A DNA stretch of 64,000 nt from positions 4,318 to 68,317 of the forward strand of contig DAOOQN010000004.1 in the NCBI GenBank assembly GCA_035388785.1, read 5' to 3'. The notes beneath the pieces were generated by a model that worked only from the letters and a program-made list of their open reading frames with translations, was not told where the DNA came from and ran no database searches. Positions 20,221 through 29,851 of this stretch are shown piece after piece (position 1 is the stretch's first letter; every line of letters starts with the position of its first letter). The stretch comes from a bacterium. GTDB lineage: Bacteria > Patescibacteriota > Patescibacteriia > UBA2196. The translations under genes were made by a program, and so were the position numbers.

Positions 20221-20712
20221 ATGACTGATAATAAAAAAGAAGAAAAAGAAAAAGAAGATAAAATTATTGCCGATCTAACTTTGCAAGTCGAAGAAAATTT
20301 AAATGGTTGGAAAAGAGCTCGCGCTGATTATGATAATTTAAAAAAGGAAACTCAGAAAGAAAAAGAAGAATTTGTTAAATTTGCCAATTTAAATCTGGTG
20401 ATTGGTTTAATTCCGGTTTATGATAACTTAAAGCTTTCTTTTCAACACCTACCAGAAGAATTAACTAACAATGGTTGGACCAAAGGCATCTTGCATATTA
20501 AAAATCAATTTAAAGAAGTTTTAAATTTTAATGCTGTGGAAGAAATTATACCCAAAATAGGCGACGAGTTTAATCCAGAACTACATGAGGCGGTTGATAA
20601 GCACAATACTGAAAAAACAGAAAAAGATAATAACAAAATTAAGGAAGTTTTATCCGATGGATATAAATTGAATGGTCGTGTTTTTAAACCCGCCCGCGTG
20701 ATAGTCGAATAA
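20221..20712 (+). CDS. grpE: Nucleotide exchange factor GrpE
   Basis: 163 aa. The GrpE C-terminal block is present (LSDGYKLNGRVFKPARVIV) and the gene sits between hrcA and dnaK. Confidence 0.8.
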   Translation: MTDNKKEEKEKEDKIIADLTLQVEENLNGWKRARADYDNLKKETQKEKEEFVKFANLNLVIGLIPVYDNLKLSFQHLPEELTNNGWTKGILHIKNQFKEVLNFNAVEEIIPKIGDEFNPELHEAVDKHNTEKTEKDNNKIKEVLSDGYKLNGRVFKPARVIVE

Positions 20713-20748
20713 TATTTTAGAATTTAAATAATTAATTTGTTCACCGTC

Positions 20749-20781
20749 CAGGCCCGCATATTTGTGGGAAGATCGGTGAAC
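20749..20781. promoter_or_regulatory. 8-bp inverted repeat GTTCACCG-N17-CGGTGAAC upstream of hsp20 (candidate operator)
   Basis: Found by direct inspection. It is not CIRCE or HAIR, and it sits 15 nt upstream of the hsp20 ATG. Confidence 0.3.
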
Positions 20782-20795
20782 CCAAAGATAAATTT

Positions 20796-21215
20796 ATGTC
20801 ATTAATTAAATGGACGCCGGTTTTACCAGATTCATTTGATGAAATGGACCGTTGGTTTGACTGGCCAACTTCAAAAATGTCTTTTAACTACGCACCAGCT
20901 ATTGATATTTGGCAAGATCAAGACAATGTCTATGCCGAATGTCCTTTGGCTGGCATTAATCCTGAAGATGTATCGATCTCGATTGAAAATGATGTTTTGA
21001 CCATTGAGGGTAAAAGCGAGAAAAAAAGTGAAGTTGATGAAAGAAGTTATTATCGCAAAGAAGTACGCTATGGATCTTTTCATCGTGTGGTGGCTTTGCC
21101 TGCGGCTGTTGACAGTGAACAGGCCAAAGCCGAGTATGAAAATGGTGTGCTAAAGGTTTCTATTCCCAAAGAGGCCAAAGCTAAGCCCAGAACCGTTAAA
21201 GTGGAAGTCAAATAA
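20796..21215 (+). CDS. Small heat-shock protein (Hsp20 / alpha-crystallin family)
   Basis: 139 aa. The alpha-crystallin domain is clear (PAIDIWQDQDNVYAECPLAGINPEDVSISIENDVLTIEGK ... GVLKVSIPK). Confidence 0.85.
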   Translation: MSLIKWTPVLPDSFDEMDRWFDWPTSKMSFNYAPAIDIWQDQDNVYAECPLAGINPEDVSISIENDVLTIEGKSEKKSEVDERSYYRKEVRYGSFHRVVALPAAVDSEQAKAEYENGVLKVSIPKEAKAKPRTVKVEVK

Positions 21216-21240
21216 TTTGCAAATAAAATATTTTAATTTT

Positions 21241-21282
21241 ATCATCCCGCAGTTTGATTATCTGATGTGGCTGCGGGATGAT
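21241..21282 (+). terminator. 12-bp perfect hairpin (ATCATCCCGCAG ... CTGCGGGATGAT) after hsp20
   Basis: A strong GC-containing stem-loop. The T-run after it is weak, so it may be a terminator or an attenuator. Confidence 0.5.
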
Positions 21283-21293
21283 AAACATTATTT

Positions 21294-21614
21294 ATGCTTA
21301 AAAAAAATATAACTGAATATGCGCTAAAATTAATTAAAATTTGTCCAGTCTGTGGTATGAATTATAAAATAGAAAATATCAATGCGGTGGAAGAAAATGC
21401 AGAAGATTTTTTGGTCTGTTTTTCTTGCTCGGCCTGTCAAAGCTCGCTTTTATCGCGAGTGATGAGTATGCCCTTTGGTTTGGTTGGCTCGGCCATTTTG
21501 ACTGATTTAAAAGTTGAAGAAATTGATAAATTTAAAGACAGTGAGCCGGTTACGGCCAATGATGTTTTGAATATTTATGAAAGACTTGAGTTTGGACGCG
21601 GAAGAAAAGAATAA
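21294..21614 (+). CDS. Hypothetical Zn-ribbon protein
   Basis: 106 aa with CPVCG ... CFSCSACQ cysteine pairs. It lies within the heat-shock block between hsp20 and dnaK. Confidence 0.4.
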   Translation: MLKKNITEYALKLIKICPVCGMNYKIENINAVEENAEDFLVCFSCSACQSSLLSRVMSMPFGLVGSAILTDLKVEEIDKFKDSEPVTANDVLNIYERLEFGRGRKE

Positions 21615-21658
21615 CTGTAAATAAATAATTAATAATATAAATAATTAAAAATAATTTT

Positions 21659-23575
21659 ATGTCAAAAATTCTAGGTATTGATTTGGGGACCACTAATTCA
21701 TGTATGTCAATTATGGAGGGTGGAGCTCCAAAAATTTTAGAAAACAAAGAAGGCAATCGCACCACACCTTCAATTGTAGCGATTAATAAAGCTGGGGAAA
21801 GACTGGTGGGTCTCTTGGCTAAAAGACAAGGTGTGACTAATCCAACTAACACTCTATTTTCTATTAAACGCTTAATTGGTCGTCGTTTTGAAGATGAAGA
21901 GGTGCAAAGAGATTTAAAAAACATGCCATTTAAAATCAAACAAGCTGGCGCTGGTGTAAAAATTGAAATGAGTGGTAAAGATTATACACCGCAAGAAATA
22001 TCGGCTATGGTTTTGGGGAAACTAAAAGCTGATGCTGAAGAAAAACTGGGTGAAAAAATCACCGAAGCTGTGATTACCGTACCAGCCTATTTTGATGATG
22101 CACAAAGACAAGCCACCAAAGAAGCTGGTGAGATTGCTGGCCTGACAGTTAAAAGAATTATTAACGAACCAACTGCTGCAGCTTTGGCTTATGGTTTTGA
22201 TAAGAAAAAAGGTCAACAAATTGCTGTCTATGATTTGGGTGGTGGTACTTTTGATATTTCCATTTTAGACATCTCTAGCGATACCGTGGAAGTTAAATCA
22301 ACCAACGGTGATACTCATTTAGGTGGCGATGATTTTGATCAAAGAATTATGGCCTGGATTTTGGACGAATTTAAAAAACAGGAAGGTATTGATATTTCCA
22401 AAGACCCCATGGCTTTACAGCGCGTTAAAGAAGCGGCTGAAAAAGCCAAGATTGAATTATCAACGGCAGGAGATACGGAAATTAATCAACCCTTTATTAC
22501 TTCTGGTGCTGAAGGACCAAAACATTTATTATTAAAAATGTCGCGCGCCAAATTGGAAGAGTTGGTGGGTGATTTGGTGGAGAAAACTTTAGAGCCAACT
22601 AAAAAAGCTTTAGCTGATGCTGGTTTAAAAGTTAGTGATATTGAAGAAATAATTATGGTTGGCGGTATGACCAGAATGCCGCTTGTCCAGCAAACTGTTG
22701 AAAAATTCTTTGGCAAAAAACCCAACATGACCGTTAATCCAGATGAAGTGGTGGCGGCTGGTGCGGCTGTCCAAGCTGGTGTTTTGCAGGGCGATGTCAA
22801 AGACGTTTTGCTTTTAGATGTGACGCCTTTGACTTTGGGTATTGAAACTTTGGGTGGTGTAGCCACGCCGTTGATTGATAGAAATACCACCATCCCAACT
22901 TCAAAATCGCAGGTCTTTTCAACAGCCGCTGATAACCAACCCAGTGTTGAAATTCATATTTTACAAGGCGAACGTCCTATGGCTGCAGATAACAAAACTC
23001 TAGGCAGATTTATCTTAGATGGTATTCCGCCAGCTCCACGTGGCATTCCACAAGTGGAAGTCAGTTTTGATATTGATGCCAATGGTATTTTAAATGTTAA
23101 GGCTAAAGATAAAGCCACAAATAAAGAACAAAAAATTACCATTACAGCTTCAACCGGACTTTCAAAAGACGAAGTGGAAAGAATGAAAAAAGAAGCTGAA
23201 TCACACGCCGAAGAAGATAAGAAAAAGAAAGAGCAGATTGAAATTAAAAATATGGCCGAAACCCTATATTACACCACAGAAAAAACTTTAAAAGATAATG
23301 CTGATAAAATTGATACTAATATTAAAAAAGATGTGGAAGAAAAATTAGAAGCTTTAAAAAAGGTTAAAGATGGTGAGGATGTGGAGGCCATTAAAAAAGC
23401 CACTGAAGAACTATCCACTTCCGCGCAAAAAATTGGTGAAGCCATGTATAAAGCTTCGCAAGCCGGGCAAACCCCAGAGGGTCAGCCCACTGAGGGTGAA
23501 CAAACCACCAGCGAAGATAAATCCACCCCCGGCGGAAAACCCGAAGAGGCGCAGTACGAAGAGGTAAAGAAATAA
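21659..23575 (+). CDS. dnaK: Chaperone DnaK (Hsp70)
   Basis: 638 aa. The Hsp70 signatures [16 protein letters not shown] and VGGMTRMP are present. The C-terminal tail is rich in Glu and Gln. Confidence 0.97.
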   Translation: MSKILGIDLGTTNSCMSIMEGGAPKILENKEGNRTTPSIVAINKAGERLVGLLAKRQGVTNPTNTLFSIKRLIGRRFEDEEVQRDLKNMPFKIKQAGAGVKIEMSGKDYTPQEISAMVLGKLKADAEEKLGEKITEAVITVPAYFDDAQRQATKEAGEIAGLTVKRIINEPTAAALAYGFDKKKGQQIAVYDLGGGTFDISILDISSDTVEVKSTNGDTHLGGDDFDQRIMAWILDEFKKQEGIDISKDPMALQRVKEAAEKAKIELSTAGDTEINQPFITSGAEGPKHLLLKMSRAKLEELVGDLVEKTLEPTKKALADAGLKVSDIEEIIMVGGMTRMPLVQQTVEKFFGKKPNMTVNPDEVVAAGAAVQAGVLQGDVKDVLLLDVTPLTLGIETLGGVATPLIDRNTTIPTSKSQVFSTAADNQPSVEIHILQGERPMAADNKTLGRFILDGIPPAPRGIPQVEVSFDIDANGILNVKAKDKATNKEQKITITASTGLSKDEVERMKKEAESHAEEDKKKKEQIEIKNMAETLYYTTEKTLKDNADKIDTNIKKDVEEKLEALKKVKDGEDVEAIKKATEELSTSAQKIGEAMYKASQAGQTPEGQPTEGEQTTSEDKSTPGGKPEEAQYEEVKK

Positions 23576-23593
23576 TTTGTAATCAAAAAAGTA

Positions 23594-23614
23594 GGGGCAG
23601 GTTTGAAACCTGCC
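23594..23614 (+). terminator. Hairpin GGGCAGGTTTGAAACCTGCCC after dnaK
   Basis: A 7-bp GC-rich stem with a 7-nt loop and a weak T-tract. Confidence 0.5.
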
Positions 23615-23640
23615 CTTGCAATAATAATTAAATAAAATTT

Positions 23641-23931
23641 ATGTCCAATCCAACACAAACTGAAATCAAAATTCAAGACAATTTTCCTGGTGGTGAGTAT
23701 GCCAATGCTATGCAAGTTTCTCATAATAAAGAGGAATTTATTTTAACATTTTTGAACATTCTGCCGCCTTCTGGTAGAGTGGCTGGAAAAATTATTACCA
23801 ACCCTGGCCACATGAAAAGAATGGTGGCTGCTTTAAGAGAAAATTTAGAAAAATATGAAGGTCAATTTGGAAAAATAGAGGAAGCTGTAGCACCAGAAAA
23901 AACTAACGAAGTAGGTTTTAAGGGAGAATAA
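23641..23931 (+). CDS. DUF3467-like small protein
   Basis: 96 aa. The pattern (ANAMQVSHNKEEFILTF) fits the DUF3467 family. It is inserted between dnaK and dnaJ. Confidence 0.5.
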   Translation: MSNPTQTEIKIQDNFPGGEYANAMQVSHNKEEFILTFLNILPPSGRVAGKIITNPGHMKRMVAALRENLEKYEGQFGKIEEAVAPEKTNEVGFKGE

Positions 23932-23939
23932 ATATAATT

Positions 23940-25070
23940 ATGTCTAAAGACTACTATCAAGTATTGGGTGTTTCTAAAACCGCTGGTCAGGATGAAATCA
24001 AAAAAGCCTTTCGTAAATTGGCGCATGAACACCATCCCGATAAAGCCAATGGCAATGAAGCCAAATTTAAGGAAATCAACGAGGCTTATCAGGTTTTAAG
24101 TAACACAGAAAAACGTCAACAATATGATCAGTTTGGCCAGACTTTTAATTCTGGTCAGGGTGGTTTTAATGCCAGCGGCTTTGGTGGTGGTCAAGGGTTC
24201 AATTGGCAAGATTTTGCACGCCAATCCGCCCAAGGTGGAGGAGGTGGTTTTTCTTTTAATGGTGAAGAATTTGATTTGGGCGATATTTTTGGTGATTTGT
24301 TTGGTGGTGGCCGTCGACAGAGTCGTGCCAGCACAAGAAGTCGAGCGGGTGAAGATATTGAAATAAGAATGGATATTGATTTTAAAGAAGCTGTTTTTGG
24401 AGCAGAAAAAGATATTGTTTTAGAAAAACAAGAAATTTGTTCTGTGTGTAATGGTCAGGGCAACGAGCCAGATAGTAAAATTATTACCTGCCCAGAATGT
24501 AAAGGTACGGGACAAGTTCATCAAACCCAACGTACGTTTTTTGGTTCGTTTGCCGCGGCAATTGTTTGTCCAACTTGTTTGGGAGCTGGCAAAAAACCGG
24601 AAAAGTTTTGTTCCAAATGTCACGGTGATGGGCGGATCAAGAATAAAAAAGAAATAAAAATTTCCATTCCAGCTGGCATTGATGAAGATCAGCAAATTAA
24701 AATTTCTGGCGCTGGCCACGTTGGTGTCAAAGGCGCACATTCGGGTGATTTATATGTTTCCTTTAAAATAGAAAAGGATAAAAATTTTCAACGCGACGGT
24801 TATAATATTTCATCTAAAGTTGAAATTAATATTGTACAGGCGGCCTTGGGTGATAAAATTGAAGTTTTAACCGTGGATGGTCCGGTGTTGTTAAAAATTC
24901 CAGATGGCACTCAAACAGGTAAAACTTTTGTTTTAAAAGATAAAGGTGTGCCGATTTTAAACTCTTATGGTCGCCGCGGTGATCACTTGGTGGAAGTTAT
25001 TGTCAAAACGCCAACCAAAATTTCTCGTCAAGGTAAAAAATTATTAGAAGAGTTAAAAGATGAATTATAA
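23940..25070 (+). CDS. dnaJ: Chaperone DnaJ (Hsp40)
   Basis: 376 aa. The J-domain with HPD (HHPDKANG), a G/F-rich region, and four CxxCxGxG zinc-finger repeats are present. Confidence 0.95.
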   Translation: MSKDYYQVLGVSKTAGQDEIKKAFRKLAHEHHPDKANGNEAKFKEINEAYQVLSNTEKRQQYDQFGQTFNSGQGGFNASGFGGGQGFNWQDFARQSAQGGGGGFSFNGEEFDLGDIFGDLFGGGRRQSRASTRSRAGEDIEIRMDIDFKEAVFGAEKDIVLEKQEICSVCNGQGNEPDSKIITCPECKGTGQVHQTQRTFFGSFAAAIVCPTCLGAGKKPEKFCSKCHGDGRIKNKKEIKISIPAGIDEDQQIKISGAGHVGVKGAHSGDLYVSFKIEKDKNFQRDGYNISSKVEINIVQAALGDKIEVLTVDGPVLLKIPDGTQTGKTFVLKDKGVPILNSYGRRGDHLVEVIVKTPTKISRQGKKLLEELKDEL

Positions 25071-25078
25071 AAAATAAA

Positions 25079-25108
25079 ATAATAGCTGCACAATTGTGCA
25101 GCTATTAT
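25079..25108. terminator. Perfect 30-nt palindrome ATAATAGCTGCACAATTGTGCAGCTATTAT between convergent dnaJ and corA
   Basis: A perfect palindrome with AT-rich flanks on both sides. I read it as a bidirectional terminator. Confidence 0.6.
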
Positions 25109-25145
25109 AAATTATAAAGTTAATTAAGAATAAAATTAAAAATTT

Positions 25146-26093
25146 TTAAATCCACTTTTTATGCTTAAAATAAAATATCATGCCCAACATAGCCAGGAAC
25201 ATAATACCAATAATATACCAAAAACCATACGGGCTGTTTATAAATGGCATGGAGTTAACGGTGTTCATTCCAAAAACAGAAGCAAAAAGAGTTAAGGGAA
25301 AAACAACGACAGAGAAAATTGTTAAAGTTTTGATAATTTGATTTAAGTGCTGAGAAACCAATGACTCATGGGTTTCATGTAAAGCATTGATAGTATCTTT
25401 ATAGTTTTCTAAAAAATCCCAAATATCTTTGGTGTGATTAACTAGATTATTATAATAAACCTGTAACTTATGAGTGGCAAAAAGTTTTTCTGAGCGGCTG
25501 ATTAGTTTTTGGATAATACTTTTATGAGCTTGCATGGCTTTGCGAAAATAAACAATATTGTGTTTGATGCGCATAATTTCGCGGATGATATCAATTTTAT
25601 TATGATCAATATTAAAAATTTTTGTTTCAATTGCATCAATGTCTTGGTTAATATGATTAAGTATTGGGAAACAATAATGCAATAAGTCGTTTAGTATTTC
25701 ATATAAAAGTACGGCTGGGTGTTCTCCTAGGTGATTGCCCGTATCTTTTTTCTTCTTATTGTTGTATTTGCGAAATAGCTCATTAATGGGTGGCAGTTGA
25801 TTATTGTGAACTGTGATCAAAAAGTTGCGTCCAATAAAAAAATCAACTTCAGAAGCCTCAATTTCCCCCGTGGCACTACTGTAATAGGGAAATTGTAAAA
25901 TCATAAAAATATAATCATCGTACTCTGTCAATTTTGGTCGTTGACTTGATGGTAAACAATCAGTTAGGTCTAATTCGTTAAAAGCAAAATTTTGTTTTAA
26001 CCAGTCAATTTGTTTTTGTCCTGGTGCATCAACACACACCCACTTTAAACCAGTGCCAAAATCATTAATTTTTATATGTTTTTCTATTCGCAT
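25146..26093 (-). CDS. corA: Magnesium/cobalt transporter CorA
   Basis: 315 aa. Two C-terminal TM helices carry the GMN motif (FGMNTVNSMPF). Confidence 0.85.
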   Translation of the reverse strand: MRIEKHIKINDFGTGLKWVCVDAPGQKQIDWLKQNFAFNELDLTDCLPSSQRPKLTEYDDYIFMILQFPYYSSATGEIEASEVDFFIGRNFLITVHNNQLPPINELFRKYNNKKKKDTGNHLGEHPAVLLYEILNDLLHYCFPILNHINQDIDAIETKIFNIDHNKIDIIREIMRIKHNIVYFRKAMQAHKSIIQKLISRSEKLFATHKLQVYYNNLVNHTKDIWDFLENYKDTINALHETHESLVSQHLNQIIKTLTIFSVVVFPLTLFASVFGMNTVNSMPFINSPYGFWYIIGIMFLAMLGMIFYFKHKKWI

Positions 26094-26134
26094 ATTTTAA
26101 TATTTGATGTGGATAATTATATTGTATCATTTTT

Positions 26135-26163
26135 TTGTCTTTTCCACAAAAAAATAGTATAAT
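26135..26163 (+). promoter_or_regulatory. Promoter-like TTGTCT, 17-nt spacer, TATAAT upstream of the 26191 ORF
   Basis: -35 at 26135-26140 and -10 TATAAT at 26158-26163. Confidence 0.45.
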
Positions 26164-26190
26164 ATTAAAGTCACATTATAAACTTTACTC

Positions 26191-26670
26191 ATGGCTTCCT
26201 TTATTCAACACAATCCAACCGAAACCAAGCCAGACGATAAATTTGAACATAATTTATCTGGCACAGAAACGACTACGGTTTTGACGCCGGAACTTAATAA
26301 ACCACAAGCAACCACGTCAAGTAGTCCTGTTTTAGTGTCAGCTATTTCTGACGTCAATGATGTTCAAAATCAATCTGGTGTAAGTTATAATAAAGATCCT
26401 TTACATGTGGCTATAGAAGATATTTTGGAAGAAAACTTAGCCGACCTTTATGTATCCTTAAGTCCGACTGAACAAATTAATTTTAAAAGGAAAGGCGACG
26501 AAACTGCTGGTAAAATTATAGATCTTTTGGCTACAACACAAGCTACTTTTAAAAAAATTTTTAATTTTATTTTAACGTGGCTAAAAACAATCCCGGGCGT
26601 TAATAAGTTTTTTTTGGAACAAGAAGCCAAGATCAAAGCAGATAAAATTATGCAACTAAAAATAGATTAA
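26191..26670 (+). CDS. Hypothetical protein at the head of ATPase locus A
   Basis: 159 aa. The N-terminus is rich in Thr, Ser and Pro and looks disordered. No motif I can assign. A 5-nt gap separates it from the ATPase gene. Confidence 0.4.
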   Translation: MASFIQHNPTETKPDDKFEHNLSGTETTTVLTPELNKPQATTSSSPVLVSAISDVNDVQNQSGVSYNKDPLHVAIEDILEENLADLYVSLSPTEQINFKRKGDETAGKIIDLLATTQATFKKIFNFILTWLKTIPGVNKFFLEQEAKIKADKIMQLKID

Positions 26671-26675
26671 TTTTT

Positions 26676-29246
26676 ATGCCTCCCTATGTTCCAACCTCAC
26701 CGCTAGAAACAGCTGGCCAAAATTTTTTTAATAGCCCATCTTTTTATGTTGGACTTTTTTTAATTGCCTTTATTGTTTTAGTCGTAATTTGTCTTTTGAT
26801 ATATCGCGCTTACGCGAAACATAATTATAAATTACCAGCTAAATATCGTCAGGTGGTTTTATTAATTTCAATGCCTAAAGAAGCACTGTCTGATAAAGAA
26901 GGTGGCAATGTAAATTCTATTGAAAAAATTCGTGAACAGATATCCTGGGCGGAAAATTTATGGGCACAAATTGGTGGCTTGAAAGCAGAAAAGGGATTCA
27001 AGGCCTGGTTGTATGGTCGGCACGATCATTTGTCTTTGGAGATTGTCGCGCATCAAAAGATGATTTATTTTTATATTGCAGTACCAAAATATTTGCAAAC
27101 CTATCTTGAGCAACAGCTACAAGCGCAATATTCTTATGCTCAAGTTGAAGAGGTTCCGGATTATAATATTTTTTCACCCACCGCGAGCGTTGTTTGTGCT
27201 AGTGTCAAACTTGAGAAACAAAACATGTTTCAAATTAAAACTTATAAAGAATTTGATGCTGACCCGTTAAACTCATTAACCAACATTTTAAGTAAACTTG
27301 GATCTGATGATAGCGCTGCCATCCAATTTGTTGTGCGCTCGGCTCACAAAAAATGGCGTACTGCAGGCTTAAAAATTGCCGCAGCCATGCAGCAGGGTAA
27401 ATCTTTGAAGGATGCTTTAAAAGCTAATAATAAAGATTTATTAAATACTTTAAGTAAGGGTTATAATGCACTGCTAAGCCAAGAAAGTGACAAAAAAAAC
27501 GATCAAGACAAAAGAGATGGTTTAACACCGGGTAGTTATCGTCTGTCGGCCAAAGAAGAAGAATTGGTCAAAAAAATTCAAGAAAAAAGTTCCAAAGCTG
27601 GTTTGGATGTTAATATTCGAGTGGTTGTGGCTGCTCAGAATTTACCGCTTGCTGATGCTTATTTGGCTAATATATTAAATTCTTTTGCTCAATATAATGT
27701 TTATGAATTTGGTAATGCTTTTAAGGTAGCCAAAAATAGTGGTGATGATAAAAATATTTCCGCTTTTATACATAGAATTTTTAATGATAAGAATAGCTTT
27801 GTCTTAAATACAGAAGAGTTGGCTTCGATTTTTCATTTTCCACTACCTTCCTGTGAAACACCAAACATACATTGGTTAGGTGCACGTAAGGCCGCAGCGC
27901 CGGTTAATATTCCGACTGAAGGTGTTGTGCTTGGTAAAAATATTTTTCGTGGCGGAGAAACACTGATTCGTATGAAACAAGAAGATCGCATGCGGCATAC
28001 ATATATTATCGGTATGACTGGTGCTGGCAAATCAGTTTTAATGGAAGAAATGGCCAAACAAGACATTGGGGCCGGTCGAGGTGTTTGTTTTATTGATCCA
28101 CACGGCACGGCTATTGATCGTATTATGCCCTGTATTCCAAAAGAAAGGCTTGAAGATGTTATCTATTTTGATCCTGCTGATACGGACCGACCAATTGGTT
28201 TAAATATGTTGGAAGCCAAGACACAACAAGAAATGGATTTTGCCACTTCAGAAATGATTAGTATTTTTTACAAACTTTTACCAGATCCTGCCATGGCCGG
28301 GCCAATGTTTGAACATTATATGCGTAATGCTTTGCTGGCTTTAATGGCTGATCAGGATGATCCTGGAACCTTGGTGGAGTTAGGACGAATTTTTACTGAT
28401 GAAGATTATCGTAAGAAAAAATTACATTATGTGCGCGATATTTTGGTAAAAGATTTTTGGGAAAGAGAATATGTAGCCTCGCAACGTGGCTCTATGGCTT
28501 CAGATATGCTTTCATATGTCATTTCTAAAACAGGTCGTTTTGTAGAAAATGAAATGATGCGCAATATTATTGGTCAGTCAATTTCAGGGTTTAATTTTCG
28601 CCAAGTTATGGATGAGGGTAAAATTTTGTTAGTCAATCTATCCAAAGGTAAAATTGGCGAGACCAATAGTAGCCTTTTGGGTTTAATTATTGTCTCGAAG
28701 CTACAGATGGCGGCCATGGCCAGGGCGGATTTGCCAGAAGAAAAAAGAAAAGATTTTATGTTATATATTGATGAGTTTCAAAATTATACCACTGATTCTA
28801 TGGCTATCATTTTAGCTGAAGCCAGAAAATATCGTTTAGCATTGATTATGGCTCATCAATATATTACGCAACTAGTCAAAGGTCAGGATACTTCCATTCG
28901 CGATGCTGTCTTTGGCAATGTGGGTAGTATGATTATTTTCCGTATTGGCGTAGAAGATGCCGAGATAATCGCCAAACAGTTTGCGCCCGTCTTTAATCAA
29001 CAAGATTTAATTAATATTGAAAAACGCAATGCTTATGTTAGACTCTTAATTGATGGTACAGCCAGTCGTCCCTTTAACATGGAATCCATGCCTTGGACTT
29101 TTGGTGATGAAAAAATTGTGACTGCCGTGAGTGAGTATTCTCGTCTAAAATATGGTCGTCCCAAAGATGAAGTCGAGAAGGAGATTATCCGACGGTCTAA
29201 AATAGGTGCTCTAGGTAAGGCTGCAGTTGATAATGAAGTTGAATAA
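26676..29246 (+). CDS. Membrane-anchored P-loop ATPase of the HerA/FtsK/TraD-VirD4 (T4CP-like) superfamily, fused form
   Basis: 856 aa. One N-terminal TM helix, a ~400-aa uncharacterised domain, then an ATPase with Walker A IIGMTGAGKSV, a CFIDPHG block, and Walker B YIDEFQNY. It is paralogous to the split pair at 35090-38458. Confidence 0.7.
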   Translation: MPPYVPTSPLETAGQNFFNSPSFYVGLFLIAFIVLVVICLLIYRAYAKHNYKLPAKYRQVVLLISMPKEALSDKEGGNVNSIEKIREQISWAENLWAQIGGLKAEKGFKAWLYGRHDHLSLEIVAHQKMIYFYIAVPKYLQTYLEQQLQAQYSYAQVEEVPDYNIFSPTASVVCASVKLEKQNMFQIKTYKEFDADPLNSLTNILSKLGSDDSAAIQFVVRSAHKKWRTAGLKIAAAMQQGKSLKDALKANNKDLLNTLSKGYNALLSQESDKKNDQDKRDGLTPGSYRLSAKEEELVKKIQEKSSKAGLDVNIRVVVAAQNLPLADAYLANILNSFAQYNVYEFGNAFKVAKNSGDDKNISAFIHRIFNDKNSFVLNTEELASIFHFPLPSCETPNIHWLGARKAAAPVNIPTEGVVLGKNIFRGGETLIRMKQEDRMRHTYIIGMTGAGKSVLMEEMAKQDIGAGRGVCFIDPHGTAIDRIMPCIPKERLEDVIYFDPADTDRPIGLNMLEAKTQQEMDFATSEMISIFYKLLPDPAMAGPMFEHYMRNALLALMADQDDPGTLVELGRIFTDEDYRKKKLHYVRDILVKDFWEREYVASQRGSMASDMLSYVISKTGRFVENEMMRNIIGQSISGFNFRQVMDEGKILLVNLSKGKIGETNSSLLGLIIVSKLQMAAMARADLPEEKRKDFMLYIDEFQNYTTDSMAIILAEARKYRLALIMAHQYITQLVKGQDTSIRDAVFGNVGSMIIFRIGVEDAEIIAKQFAPVFNQQDLINIEKRNAYVRLLIDGTASRPFNMESMPWTFGDEKIVTAVSEYSRLKYGRPKDEVEKEIIRRSKIGALGKAAVDNEVE

Positions 29247-29259
29247 TAAAATATTTTTT

Positions 29260-29844
29260 ATGTTAGAAAAGCTTTTTGGTTCCCGTACTAGAATAAAACT
29301 TCTTAAACTTTTTTTGACTGACCAAAATAGTAAGTTTTTTGTGCGTGAAATTACGCGCTTGACTGGTGAAAAAATAAATTCAGTTCGTCGAGAATTAGAT
29401 AATTTATCAGAACTGGGTTTACTGGAAGTAGTTGAAGAAATTACATTTGATAAAAAAGAAGAAAATAAGAAATTTTATCGCGTCAATAATAATTTTCCTT
29501 TATTGCGGGCTTTACAAGAAATTTTACTCAAAGCCAGACTTTTGGTGGAAAAAACATTGGCAACCAAGATTGATAAAATGGGTCATGTAAAATTTTTAGC
29601 ATTGAGCGGTTTTTTTGTGAACGATCCATATGCCCCGACTGATTTTTTAATTGTAGGACAGATTGATAAAAAAAAGTTAGCGCGTTTGGTTAATCAAATT
29701 TCCAAAGAATTTGGACAGGAATTACGTTATACCTGTTTTTCAACCCAAGAATTTAATTATCGCAATAAAATAACTGATAAATTTTTGTTTGAAGTTTTGG
29801 AAGGCAAAAAAATTGTGGTGCTTGATAGCTTGAGTAAAGAGTAG
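29260..29844 (+). CDS. wHTH regulator-like protein with a C-terminal degenerate minimal nucleotidyltransferase-like domain
   Basis: An N-terminal ArsR-like wHTH (LFGSRTRIKLLKLFL ... FVREITRLTGEKINSVRRELDNLSELGLLE) is followed by a C-terminal LSGFFVNDPYAPTDFLIVG block, which looks like an MNT GS...DxD motif with one Asp replaced. I prefer the ATG at 29260, because the track start at 29227 overlaps the upstream gene. Confidence 0.5.
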   Translation: MLEKLFGSRTRIKLLKLFLTDQNSKFFVREITRLTGEKINSVRRELDNLSELGLLEVVEEITFDKKEENKKFYRVNNNFPLLRALQEILLKARLLVEKTLATKIDKMGHVKFLALSGFFVNDPYAPTDFLIVGQIDKKKLARLVNQISKEFGQELRYTCFSTQEFNYRNKITDKFLFEVLEGKKIVVLDSLSKE

Positions 29845-29851
29845 AAAAACT

